Counted from the first letter of the whole stretch, positions 26,964-39,658 are shown. The stretch is 63,984 bases of DNA, filler included, from Octopus bimaculoides (GCF_001194135.2; 7 parts of 7 records of this genome joined end to end with filler, not necessarily neighbours in it), one strand, 5' to 3'. Numbers and translations are program-made. Notes: generated by a model from the letters alone, not told the origin.

Positions 26964-27049
26964 AGAAATATGCTTCAATACACAAATTCATATAAAGAAT
27001 CTTGCAAACCAAATCCAAAACAAAATATATATACATATATATTTATAAG

Positions 27050-27372
27050 TGGCATTCCATCGGTTAAGACGACAAGTATTCCAGTTGATCTGATCAATGG
27101 AACAGCCTGTTCATGAAATTAATATGCAAGTGGCTGAGTACTCCACACACACATGTACCATTAATGTAATTTTCAGGGAGATTCAGGATGACACAGAGTG
27201 TGACAAGGCTGGCCCTTTGAAATATAGGTACAACTCATTTTTGCCAGCTGAGTGGACTGTGAGCAACATGAAATAAAGTGTCTTGCTCAAGAACACAATC
27301 TGCTGCAGGTATTGAACTCATGACCTTATGACTGTGAGCCTTGTGACTCTAGTCACCAAGCGACACACCTTC
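27050..27372 (-). mobile_element. tRNA-derived CORE-like SINE
   Basis: Minus head gtgaaggtgtgtcgcttggtgactag...gagttcaatacc, then gtgttcttgagcaagacacttta. Confidence 0.7.
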
Positions 27373-28554
27373 ACAGTATACAACATCATCATCATCCTTT
27401 AATGTCTATTTTCCATACTAGTATGGGTTGGATGGTTTGACCAGAGCTGGGAAGCTGGAGAGCTGCATCAGGTTCCAGTATGACTTGACTTGGTTTCTAT
27501 GGCTGGATTCTCTTCCTAATGCCAACCACTTTACAGTGTGTGATGGATGCTTTTAATGTGGCACCAGTGATTCTATATGGCACTGGCATGAGTGTCTTTT
27601 TTGTGGCACTGATACAGGACTCTTGCAAGCCAATCTGCTGTGGAGGACAGGTCTTCTTGAGTAGAGCAAGGTGCCAGGTATCTCAGTCCTTTGTCATCTC
27701 ATCTGAAAAGTTCAGCATTTTGAGGTCATCCTTCAGAGAGAGGGGTGGGAGATGTAGTGGTGTGTGTGGGGTGGGATTACTATATGCTAGGTGTGAAAAA
27801 ATATCTATTAAGGAAAATATATAAAAAACTTCCGTATTTGATGGCATAAAAGGTACACATGTTTATTAGACGCACCTTAAGTTCAGCTGCGCATATTCAG
27901 GTGGAAGAAGTTTTTGTGCATGAGAGCATGTGATATAAGCCCAACTTTGCAAACATGACCCAGGGTGATGAGATGTTTTTGAAAAAAAAGTGTGTCTTAT
28001 ATACCATGAAATGTGATAGTGAAAAAATCTACCAAGATTTTAGGCCCCTTCATGACTTTTGGCTCATTATGGAGCTAAAAGCATAACTTTTGTTATGCTA
28101 ATTTCCCAGTTGGTTATCTCTGCCTCTATCATCTAAGTCTTCCACTCTCTCTCTCTCTCTCTCTCTCTCCCTCTCTCTTATAACATTCATAAAACAAGAT
28201 AAAATCCTGTGCCTTGAGAAGTGAGTTTCTGACATTCAAGATAAAACAAAGGTAAAATATGATATGGCAGGGCTCTCCATCCAAGAGAGAACCTGTCTTA
28301 TCATATGTTACAAATGTTCCTAACTGATTTTCTTTTTAACTGACATGCACCATCAACAGTTTCATTAGACTCTAGTTTGGCTTCTCTCTAATACACTTTA
28401 ACCCATTTCTTATTGTATTTCTGTTGAAATATAATATGCCTTTTTTTTATTTATTAGTTTTGAAAAGCTGTGAAGAAGTGTCACACTCTAATGGTGGAGG
28501 GAACCTGTAGAAGAAGTAGACCCAGGAAGACATGGGGTGAGATGGTGCAGCATG

Positions 28555-28945
28555 ATCTTCGAATGTTGGGCCTCACGGAGGCAATGACAAGTGGCTGAGA
28601 CCTTTGGTGATGAGCTGTGCTTGAGAAGACCTGTCAAGTCAAGTGAAATCGTAGCCATGGTTGATCCTAGTGCCAGTTGACTGGCATCTGTGACAGTGGC
28701 ACAAAAAGCACTTTCTGAGCGCATGGCCAATGTTGGTGTCACGTCAATGGCACCTGTACTGGTGGCACGTAAAAAGCACCCACTACACTCTTGGAGTGGT
28801 GTGTGTTAGGAAGGGCATCCAGCTGTAGAAACTCTGCCAAACCAGATCAAAATCTGGTGAAGCTCCCTGGCTTAATAGTTTTCAGTCAAACTGTTCAACC
28901 CATGCCAGCATGGAAAGCAGACATTAAACAACGATGACGATGATG
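28555..28945 (+). mobile_element. RTE-tailed non-autonomous retroelement
   Basis: gttaggaagggcatccagctgtagaaac motif; ends ccatgccagcatggaaagcagacattaaacaacgatgacgatgatg. Confidence 0.65.
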
Positions 28946-29037
28946 ATGAATGAAGAATTTAGTATCATTATTAAATTGGTGTTTGGAACATAAATCAACA
29001 TGAAATTTTGATGAAAGGTTTTTGTATTTAGTTGACT

Positions 29038-29286
29038 TTAACCCATTCATGCCAGTCATCCATTTAAACTGACAATTTATAAGGGTATAAAAGAAATACT
29101 TGATACAAATTGTGATTTATGTGTGATCTGTATGAAAGAATGAAACATGTTCTTAACAGTTAAGCAGTCTGTATCAAACGGATTTCAATGAAATTTTTTT
29201 CAGTTGTCATTTAGGTCAAAATAATAATATCTGTGAATTTTCAGGCAATTTCATTCGCCAGAAAAATTTCAGCATGAATGGGCTAA
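29038..29286. mobile_element. piggyBac-like MITE
   Basis: TTAA|CCCATTCATGC ... GCATGAATGGG|CTAA; TIR begins CCC, with an intact left and one-mismatch right TTAA site. Confidence 0.65.
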
Positions 29287-29699
29287 AACAAGAACCTTGT
29301 AGCATAGGTGTAGTCTCAGGTGGATTGCAACCAAAAGGGTTTTGTCTTTTATGTTATACTTGTTTCAGTCGTTGGACTGTGGCCATGCTGGGGCACAATC
29401 TTCAAAGGTTTACTCAAGCAATTTCACTGCAGTATTTATTTTGTTTAATATCTGGTATTCATTCTGTCAATCTCTAAAATCTTATACAGTCTAATCTTTA
29501 CCGTCTATCCCAGACTAATCTTAATCCTAATAGCTATCTACTCCAGATTTCTCTGACTCCTCACAACTTTCTGTTCCTGAACAAGAGATCACTTTGAAAT
29601 GCCAATAAGCTTTAAATTTTACATAAATCTTACGCTGATTGAAATAACTTTCTATAATGAATGAGAAGGGGTTAGAGGCTATAATGATTATTTCTACTC

Positions 29700-29897
29700 A
29701 AGGCACAAGGCCTTGAAAATCTGGGGGCTGGCCAATTAGATCAATCTCAGTGTGTAACTGGTACTTATTTCATCAACCCCGAAAGGATGAAACGCTAAGT
29801 CAAACTCGGCGGGATTTGAACTCAGGACGTCGCAGCAGACAAAATACTGCTAAGCATTTCGCCCAGCATGCTAATGATTCTGCCAGCTTGCCGCCCT
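29700..29897 (-). mobile_element. MetaSINE-type SINE
   Basis: Minus reads aggcggcaagctggcagaatcattagc...gagttcaaatcccgccgag...tttcatcctttcgggg. Confidence 0.75.
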
Positions 29898-30759
29898 AGT
29901 TAGAGCATTTAATAATATCAATTATAAAGAAAGGAAACAAGATACATTAACATAAACTTTACTTACACATATATTAGCATAATCAAAACATACAAACAGG
30001 TTTACAGCTGCATACATTTATACATCCATTTATCGCTTTTCTATAATTTCAGACTGGAGTGGCACATTGGGTAAGTGCTGGCAACCCCTTAGCCTCCTGT
30101 GCCAGGAATATGGGGAAAATATTGGAAGCAGAACATTGGATAATTGACAAGGAGGTGGAGTCCTCAACCAATGGCTTGAAGGTTATTGTGGTCAAGCAAC
30201 AGATCAGTACTGTGAGACAATGGTTGAGCATCAACTAACAAGTGAGTTGCTAGTGCGGGGCAGCCTCATTGCTGACCATGCCCATTGCACTCTTGTACGC
30301 CACTTGGTACCCGGTGTGGAAGTTCAGAGTAGGTAGTATGGTGGTGGTGGTGACTTGGTACCGACTGCCTTACATCCAAAGGTATTTTTGTTCAGAGAAG
30401 ATTTCCAAACAGAACAATCAATGTTGATTTGCAATGGGCAGCTGATTACAATAATTGCCCATTAAATATAATTAAATGTGTGTATAAGCATGTTCCTGCC
30501 CCTCACCTCTTTCAACTCTCTTTCATCTCCCTCCCATTCCACCCCGCAACATGTCTAACCTTCTTCCGTCACCTGCACTCTCACCTTAAACTTATTTTCT
30601 CACCACCTTTTCTTCTTCTTTTATCTTTTCTCTTTGATCTTCTTTCTATGAAGGACGAGTGACTATAACATTCTTTCTTTCCAAGTGTTAAAAACTAGTG
30701 CAACACTCGTTAAAATTTGTCCCTTCAACATTATCTTTATTTTTCAGCTCATTGCCTAA

Positions 30760-30794
<35 letters not shown>

Positions 30795-30815
30795 GTGTAT
30801 ATATATATATATATA

Positions 30816-30915
30816 NNNNNNNNNNNNNNNNNNNNNNNNNNNNNNNNNNNNNNNNNNNNTTAATTAATTAANNNNNNNNNNNNNNNNNNNNNNNNNNNNN
30901 NNNNNNNNNNNNNNN
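30816..30915. other. Artificial scaffold-join spacer (44 N + TTAATTAATTAA + 44 N)
   Basis: Identical 100-bp construct occurs six times; the 12-mer places stops in all six frames. Confidence 0.95.
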
Positions 30916-30916
30916 T

Positions 30917-31810
30917 TAGAACACGGTTTACTCTGAACGCCCTTTACAAAATTTCGAATTTTAGAAGTTATTTTGTGTTAAAATTGTCGTATTTGGGTAA
31001 TTTCAACCAATCAATGACGTTTGCGTTAGTAATCAAAGAGGAACAACTTCCGGGTTATCTCTAGCACATTTCACCACTCTGTTCTATTCATATGGCGAGC
31101 GAAGACGATACTACTTTTATTATTTCTTCCATCTAGTCAGCACCGTGCATTCCTTACTCTTTTCCTCCCTTTTACACTATCAACTAGCAACAAGCGAGTG
31201 AACTTGTCACTGCTACTACAATTACCGTATTTTTCTGTGTATAAGCCGCTATTTGATTTGTTTTACCTTCATGTTTTGATAATGTTATTTTTAATCTAAT
31301 AAAGACTTTTATATTGGCGAAATGTGTTTGTTGTTGATTATAGTAAAATAAAATCATGACAATAACAATATATCTCATAGTCGTAAAATGATGGATTTTG
31401 AAACTACATATACATCAACAACAAAAAAGCTAACTGCGGACTCGTTGCTCTTTAGGTCTTTTAAACTTCGGCGCGCTTTATGTGCGGATAAAACTCCGAT
31501 GTCGGGCGAACGAATAAATATATGTAAATAATATTTTTTCCTTCTTGATGTTGATTCTTTGATAGCGTTGATTCTTCGAACAGTGTGGTGACTTTTAGTT
31601 GTTCCTCTTCGATTACTATCGTAAACAGCAGTAGCTTTTTCTCAACCGAATATACGTCGTTGATTGGCTGAAATTTCCCAAATACAACTTTAACACGAAA
31701 TAACTTCTAAACTACGACGTTTTGTCAAAATGTTCAGTGTAGACTGTGTTTTACGTGAGTATTCGAGTAAACCATGTTCTACGTGAGTATTCAGAGTAAA
31801 CCGTGTTCTA
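30917..31810. mobile_element. Long-TIR non-autonomous DNA transposon (possibly Mutator-like)
   Basis: 30917-31050 is the reverse complement of about 31595-31760; terminus TAGAACACGGTTTACTCTGA; right end triplicated. Confidence 0.75.
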
Positions 31811-32577
31811 CGTGAGTATTTCAAACTGTTTAGCTAAAAAAAGGTAGATTAAAAAATCTGTGATTGAGATGGAATAGATCCTATTTTCGTAATGTGGAAG
31901 GATAAGCTGTATGGTAAATCTTCAACTCCAACATTTTAGTTTCAACAGAAGGAGTAATGATCTATTTATTAGTTAAATATATGTTAATAATCTTGTGAAA
32001 TTTAATCATCTTGTGAAATTCTGATGTGGATACGAGCGACGAGGATTAATCGAAGAAGAATGGGTTGTCACCAAACGACCGGCAGACGTTGGTATAACAA
32101 CTACAATATCACAGTTAGATTTCAATTTTAACGCCATGCGTAGATATATATTTGAGAGGCAGACCTCGATGATACTCTATTTCATTTGTTGTATATCCCA
32201 AAATCTGACGTATTTGTTCGACTTTTTTTCTACTCTTTTCCATGAGTAGTGGGGCACTGCTGATCCTGCAGCAACGTTGTCAGATATTCCATCTTCACAA
32301 TTTAATGCAGTGCTATGTAATCACAAGAAGCTGTAATGTTTGTTTACTAAAGGATAATTTTCATATAAGAGTATTCTCTTTTGCTCTATCTCTTTACTTT
32401 TACTGATCAGGTTGTAACTGATATTCTATTTGCACGATATTTTACTGTCTATATGTACATACATACATAAATGCATACATACATACATACATACATACAC
32501 AAATACACATGTACATACATATATATGCAAATATATCAATATATGTGTGCACATGTATATATATTTGTTTCTACATA

Positions 32578-32677
32578 NNNNNNNNNNNNNNNNNNNNNNN
32601 NNNNNNNNNNNNNNNNNNNNNTTAATTAATTAANNNNNNNNNNNNNNNNNNNNNNNNNNNNNNNNNNNNNNNNNNNN
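32578..32677. other. Artificial scaffold-join spacer
   Basis: 44 N + TTAATTAATTAA + 44 N. Confidence 0.95.
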
Positions 32678-35438
32678 CCAAACGGACGCATGGATGTTCG
32701 AATTCCCCTCGAACGGTGCAGAGGGAGGCAGAATGGGCGTACGTACGTTCGAATTCCGCTCGAACGGTGTAGAGGGAGGCCGAACGGACGCACGTACGTT
32801 CGAATTCCGCTCGAACAGTGCAGAGGGAGGCCGAATGGAAACACGTACTTTCGAATTCCACTCGAACGGTGTAGAGGGAGGTCGATCAGACGCACGTACG
32901 TTCGAATTCCGCTGGGAAGGTGCGGAAGGAGGTATAATAGGTGCATGAATGATCGAATTTCGGTCGAACGGTGCATAGGTAGGCCGAACGGACGCACTTA
33001 CTTTCGAATTCCGATTGAATCGTGCTGAGGGAGACCGATCAGATGCATGTACGTTCGAATTCCGCTCGAACGGTGCACAGGGAGGACGAACGGACGCAGG
33101 TCCGTTCCAATTCCGCTCGAACGGTGTAGAGGGATGTCGAACGGACGCAGGTACGTTCGAATTCCGTTAGAACAATGCAGAGGGAGGCCGAACAGTTGCA
33201 CGTACGTTCGAATTCCTCTCGAACGGTGCAGTGGGAGGTCGAATGGACGCACGAATGTTCGAATTTTGGTCGAACGGTGCAGAGGTATGCCGAACGGACG
33301 CATGTTCGTTCGAATTCCGCTCGAACGTTGCACAGAGATGCCGATCAAACGCATGTACGTTCGAATTCCGCTCGAACGATGCACAGGGAAGCCGATCGGA
33401 CGCACGTACGTTCGAATTCCGTTCGAACAATGCAGAGGGAGGCCTACGGACGCACGAACGTTCGAATTATGCAGGGTAGGTGTAGAGGGAGGCTTATCGG
33501 TGCAACAAACGTTCGAATTCAGCTCGAATGGTGCAGAGAGAGACCGAACGGACGCATGTATGTTCGAATTCCGCTCGAACGGTGCAGAAGGAGGCAGAAT
33601 GGACGCATGTACGTCCATATTCCGCTCGAACGGTGCGGAGTGCGGCCGAATGGACGCACGTACGTTCGAATTCCGCTCGAACGGTGCAGAGGTATGACGA
33701 ACGGAAGCCTGTACCTTAGAATTCCGCTCGAACGGTGCAGAGGGAGGCCGAACGGACCCAGGTCCGTTCAAATTCCTCTCGAACGATGCACAGGGATGTC
33801 GAACGGACGCACGTACGTTCGAATTCCGCTCGAAGGGTGCAGAGGGAAGCCGATTGGACGCACGTACGTTCGAATTCCTTACGAACGGTGCAGAGGTAGG
33901 CCGTACGGACGCACGAACGTTCGAACTATGCTGGGAAGGTGCAGAGGGAGGCTTAACAGTGCCACAAACGTTCGAATTTAGCTCGAATGGTGCAGAGAGA
34001 GACCGAACGGAGGCATGTACGTTCGAATTCCGCTCGAACGGTGCAGAGGGAGGCAGAATGGACGCACGTACATCCGAATTCCGCTCGAACGGTGCGGAGG
34101 GAGGCCGAATGGACGCTCGTACGTTCGAATTCCGCTCGAACGGTGTAGAGGGAGGCCGAACGGACGCACGTACGTTCGAATTCCGCTCGAACGGTGCAGA
34201 GGGAGGCTGAACGGACGCACATACGTTCGATTTCCGCTCGAGCGGTGCAGAGGGAGGCCGAATGGACGCACGTACATTCGAAATCCGCTCGAACGGTGCA
34301 GAGGCATGCTGAACGGACGCATATACGTTCGAATTTCGCTCGAAAGTGACAGAGGGATGCCGATCAGACGCATGTCCGTTCGAATACTGCTCGAACGGTG
34401 TAGAGGGAGACCGAACAGGTGCATGAATGTTCGAATTTCGGTCGAACAGTGCAGAGGGAGGCCGGACGGACGCACATACGTTCGATTTCCGCTCGAACGG
34501 TGCAGTGGGAGGCCGAATGGACGCATGTACGTTCGAAATCCGCTCGAAGGGTGTAGAGGGATGTCGAACGGACGCACGTACGTTCGAATTCGTCTCGAAC
34601 GGTGCAGAGGGAGGTCGAACGGACGCACGAATGTTTGACTTTCGGTTGAACGGTGCAGAGGGAAGCCGATTGGACGCACGTACGTTGGAATTCCGCTCGA
34701 TCGATGCAGAGGGAGGTCGAACGGACGCACGTACGTTCGAATTCCGTTCGAACAATGCAGAGGGAGGTCGAATGGTCGCACGTACGTTCGAATTACTTAC
34801 GAACGGTGCAGAGGGAACAGACACACGTACGTTCGAATTCCGCTCGAACGGTGCAGAGGGAAGCCGATAGGACTCACGTACGTTCGAATTCCTCTCGAAC
34901 GATGCAGAGGGAGGTCGAACGGACGCACTTACGGTCGAATTCCGTTCGAACAATGCGGAGGGACGCCGAACGGTCGCACGTACGTTCGAATTTCTCACGA
35001 ACGGTGCAGATGTAGTCCGGACGGACGCACGAAAGTTCGAATTCCGCTGGGAAGGTGCAGAGGGACGCTTAACGGTGGTACAAACGTTCGAATTCAACTC
35101 GAATGGTGCAGAGAGAGACCGAACGATGCAGAGGGAGGCCGAATGGACGCACGTATGTTCGAATTCCGCTCGAAAGGTGCAGAGGGAGGCTAAACGGTGG
35201 CACAAACGTTCGAATTCAGCTCGAATGGTGCAGAGAGAGACCGAACGGACGCATATATGTTCGAATTCCTCTCGAACGTTGCAGAGGTAGGCCGTACGGA
35301 CGCACTAACGTTCGAATTCCGCTGGGAAGGTGCAGAGGGAGGCATAACGGTGGCACAAACGTTCGAATTCAGCTCGAATGGTGCAGAGTGACCGAACGGA
35401 CGCATGTATTTTCGAATTCCGCTCGAACTGTGCAGAGG
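32678..35438. repeat. CpG-rich 51-bp tandem satellite, about 54 copies
   Basis: Consensus by eye CGTTCGAATTCCGCTCGAACGGTGCAGAGGGAGGCCGAACGGACGCACGTA; GAATTC at 32700, 32751, 32802 (period 51); fills the whole segment. Confidence 0.95.
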
Positions 35439-35538
35439 NNNNNNNNNNNNNNNNNNNNNNNNNNNNNNNNNNNNNNNNNNNNTTAATTAATTAANNNNNN
35501 NNNNNNNNNNNNNNNNNNNNNNNNNNNNNNNNNNNNNN
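35439..35538. other. Artificial scaffold-join spacer
   Basis: 44 N + TTAATTAATTAA + 44 N. Confidence 0.95.
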
Positions 35539-35559
35539 TATATATATCCATATATAATC

Positions 35560-36210
35560 CTGTAGAGAATGGAGAAACAAACACAGGAAGAAGCAGGTCA
35601 ATTGCGCCAGTTAGCCATTGATTTAATTGATTATGTGGAGATTATGTAATATTACGTTGACGATCGTTTCGATCTGCCAATTTGATACTAGACGAGGAAG
35701 ATTGCATCCATGGACAGCTGAGCTACTGGAGAGACTGAAAAACCTACGTCTCTACTCCCTGGAGCGAAGACAGGAGAGGTACGCAGTGATATATGAATGG
35801 AAGATACTGGAGAAGCTGGCACCAATCTTTGGAATTGTGAGTTATACCAGACCTCGAAATTAACATCACTGCACTGTTCCAAAAGTCCCAGCTGTCTCAT
35901 CTAAGGTGACGACCATGTACTGCAATGGCTTGGGATTCAATGGCCCACAACTATTTAACTCCTTGCCAAAATATCTGAGGGATCTCCATGGAGTGAGAGC
36001 AGATGTTTTCAAGAAACAACTTGATCTCTTGCTTTCCAAGATCACAGATGAACCAATATCAAGGCAGGAAACTCAAGAGAGGGCAGCAATATCGAACTCT
36101 CTCCTTCACCAGAAGCCAAACCCATAGAATTAGCCAATTAAAAGTTAATAACAATGGCGGTGCCTCAGCATGGCCGCAGTCTCAAGGCTGAAACATATAA
36201 AAGAATATAA
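35560..36210 (+). mobile_element. CR1-like LINE, 3' end of ORF2 plus 3' UTR
   Basis: LRLYSLERRQERYAVIYEWKILEKL and GPQLFNSLPKYLRDLHGVRADVFKKQLDLLL are typical CR1/L2-group C-terminal motifs; ends in a stem-loop and A-rich tail. Confidence 0.8.
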
Positions 36211-36357
36211 ATAACATTTCCAACCATTCCTGTGAAAATCTATTGTTAATTTTTGTGGTTTCGGAGCATTGTTGACTCTTATTTTTAGCAAAGCTGGCGC
36301 TTCTAGCGCCCTAGTTATATATAATTCTTATATATATCTATTAGTTTTGTATGTATG

Positions 36358-36480
<123 letters not shown>

Positions 36481-37973
36481 NNNNNNNNNNNNNNNNNNNN
36501 NNNNNNNNNNNNNNNNNNNNNNNNNNNNNNNNNNNNNNNNNNNNNNNNNNNNNNNNNNNNNNNNNNNNNNNNNNNNNNNNNNNNNNNNNNNNNNNNNNNN
36601 NNNNNNNNNNNNNNNNNNNNNNNNNNNNNNNNNNNNNNNNNNNNNNNNNNNNNNNNNNNNNNNNNNNNNNNNNNNNNNNNNNNNNNNNNNNNNNNNNNNN
36701 NNNNNNNNNNNNNNNNNNNNNNNNNNNNNNNNNNNNNNNNNNNNNNNCTTATATCTACTTTTCCAGTGAAATTCTTCACTGATATCGAAAAGGTGAAAAC
36801 AAGCAATGTTAATTCTCTAAATGAAGTATTAACAGTAACTGCCCGATAAAGTGTAGTATATTGCCACTTAAGTATGGCTGACCCCTAGGGGTGGATGTTA
36901 CTGTTGCTTTTAGTCCCAGGAGGACATCTCCTCCAGCTGGCTTATCGACACACTACTGTGTCCTGTTTGCCAAGGGAAGTTATCCCTCCCGTCATGATCT
37001 GTAGCACGAACGGACCCGGGTTTCAGGGTTATTTCCCTTCGTCGGCGTTCGATATATGTATATGCGGATATGTGTGCATGTGTGTGTATAATTATATGTA
37101 AGTACTTTACATGTAAATATGTATTAGCTTGTGAATGTGTTTACATATGTTACATTGTATTGTATATATGTACGTATGCTTACATGCATTTTGCCTGTGT
37201 TTATGAGAGCCCAATATTTTGTATTTTTCCTTTGCGTGTAAGGAGGAAATTATTTTTCTGTACTGAGAAAATCCTGATGGTTAGAGGTTTTCAAGAAATG
37301 TACTGGAAATGATTGCAGGCATCATTTTCGCTGAAGAACCTTAAGGACCTTTTTTTGTTATGGAATGGGCTGTTTACCAAAAACTGAGTAACACACATTC
37401 AGGAAAACAGATTGTGAATTTTAATATTTATTATCGACATAACTGACGGACGGAAAGATAGCAGGAGTCACACACGGACAGAAAGACGGATGGACGGATA
37501 GATAGTTCATTGAATGAATGGACAAGTAGATAGTAAACAGACAGGCGGATAGACAGACACAAGTGATAGAGTGAAAGGGAGAGTGAAAGAGAGATAGAGA
37601 GAGAAAGTAAGAGAGAGATATATAATGCAAGAGCGATAGACGCAGATAGAAAGAGAGAGACAGAGACAGAGAGAGCCACAGAAAGTATGAAAGAGAGAGA
37701 GAGAGAGAGAGAGAGTATATAGTTAGATTAATTTACAGACAAATAATAACGGCATGATTTTCAAGGAAAGAAAGCAGTGTTGACATTAGTAGAATTTGAA
37801 TTAAAAATATCAAGGCACCGAGGTACATACTCTTCAATTATCGTAGTGTAACGCAACTTCTTTGTATTGAATCTAGTATAATTGATTTTAGATCTTCATC
37901 TGAGAGGTAATTCTTTGCTTGGATATCGTTATAAAACTTATTTTTTCTGGGACTCGTTATAAGCTAAAGGAGC

Positions 37974-38391
37974 TTCGGATCAGGACTCCCGTATAAGTTG
38001 TTCCTTTCTTCGTTTTAACGGGAATTTTTCCAATTTTTTTTTTACCACGGCCTTCGACATGATGGAGCGGGAGGCACCTTTTTGTAAAAAAATTTTTTGA
38101 AAATTTATCCTATTTTCATCTCCCCCTTACATCTCCATCCGGACCGACAAAATGGGTAGTGATTTAGGGGAGATTCGGTTGTTTTTTCTAGCACATCCCA
38201 CAATCACCTTCCTCGTTTCTTTGTCACTCTCACATGTATTGATATTCTTCAATATTTTTGTCCCCTTAAGCACATTTTATGGAATGATGATGAGGAAATA
38301 ACACATGCGTGGTCCATTGCCGGGATTTAAGCGACGAAATGACAATACAATTTGTTATTTAAATTTTACTCCTACCCAGAACCAAGAAAGG

Positions 38392-38441
<50 letters not shown>

Positions 38442-39083
38442 AAAACATATTTTACTAACAGAAAAGTATGCTATCAAAATATATTATCTTTTACACAACT
38501 TTTTTTTAAAATCACTGTATTTTAAAATTATAAACAGAAACAACTGGTTGAAAAAAAATCATAAATTTTCAATTTTTTTAATAGCAAAATTATGTTTATG
38601 GAGAGAAAAAGATATTGAAAAGCATCAAAACATGTGAGAGTGACAAAGAAATGAGGAAGGTGACCGTGGGACATGTTAGAAANNNNNNNNNNNNNNNNNN
38701 NNNNNNNNNNNNNNNNNNNNNNNNNNNNNNNNNNNNNNNNNNNNNNNNNNNNNNNNNNNNNNNNNNNNNNNNACTTCTCTTACGGTTTTTAAGTGCGTAG
38801 TGCCAAACAAGATTGACCAAAATCGGTCCGGAGTGGGGATTGGAGGGTGAGGTGAAAAAGAATTATAAATAAAATGATAATTTATTTTCATTACATCTTA
38901 TTTGTATCTCAGTATATATTTCAACGCTTTTAAAACAAACAGTTTGTTTACATTTATCGTAAAAAATTATAAATTTTCCAACATTGGTTTTCATAAAAGG
39001 AGACCATGGTGAAAAAAAAAAAATCTGGAAAAATCCCAGTCAAAACGGAGAAAATCCAACTTATGTGGGCGCCCTGATCCGAA
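37974..39083. mobile_element. About 1.1-kb foldback / long-TIR element with central (TG)n
   Basis: 37974-38060 pairs with 38998-39083 (CAGG(A/G)C(T/G)CCC termini); 38185-38270 pairs with 38595-38682. Confidence 0.75.
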
Positions 39084-39658
39084 ACGCTATGGTTATATGT
39101 CTCCTTATTTCATTCCCCTCAGCAAAAATTTAGTTCCATTCAGTTTTTAACTGAAAGGTTTATATTATTACATTGAATTCTCAGAATGACTTTTATGTTT
39201 ATAATTTCTGACACAACAGATTATGCATTATCTACCACTGTGATATCATTTATATGAATATGAACTGATATCAGTTCTATGAATTTCACAACACTTTCGA
39301 ACGAATACTAAGCCTTAGTACCAATACTATGAATTTCACAACGACAATGAGGATTACATTAATACAAAACGAATGACGGAATACAAAATACGATGTACCT
39401 TTCATGAAAGTGTGATTTTGTATTGGCGGTTACTAAATCAGTTAAAATCGATATACTTGAGGTAGATTTGCAGTATTTAGTTTCATTCATTTATTTATTG
39501 GTCTGTTTCAAATTCAACAGTATTCGTTTATCGTATCGGTAAAATACGTGTCTGAAATTTATTGTGGTTAAATGTATTTTCCATACACTTACCTAACAAT
39601 TATGTGGTTGTATAGCAATGTATGCAATCAATTACTGTTCTGACTGTGTTATTTTTAG

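Noticed and set aside
27828-28015. Possible Tc1/mariner-like MITE (tagacgcacc / gtgtcttatatacc)
   Set aside because: The inverted termini are too degenerate to support by eye.
32998-35205. 735-aa ORF as a repetitive protein gene; GAATTC repeats as a CRISPR array
   Set aside because: The period of 51 nt equals 17 codons and that frame gains few stops by CpG decay; the ORF switches repeat register near its start. There are no unique spacers and no cas genes, and the context is eukaryotic.
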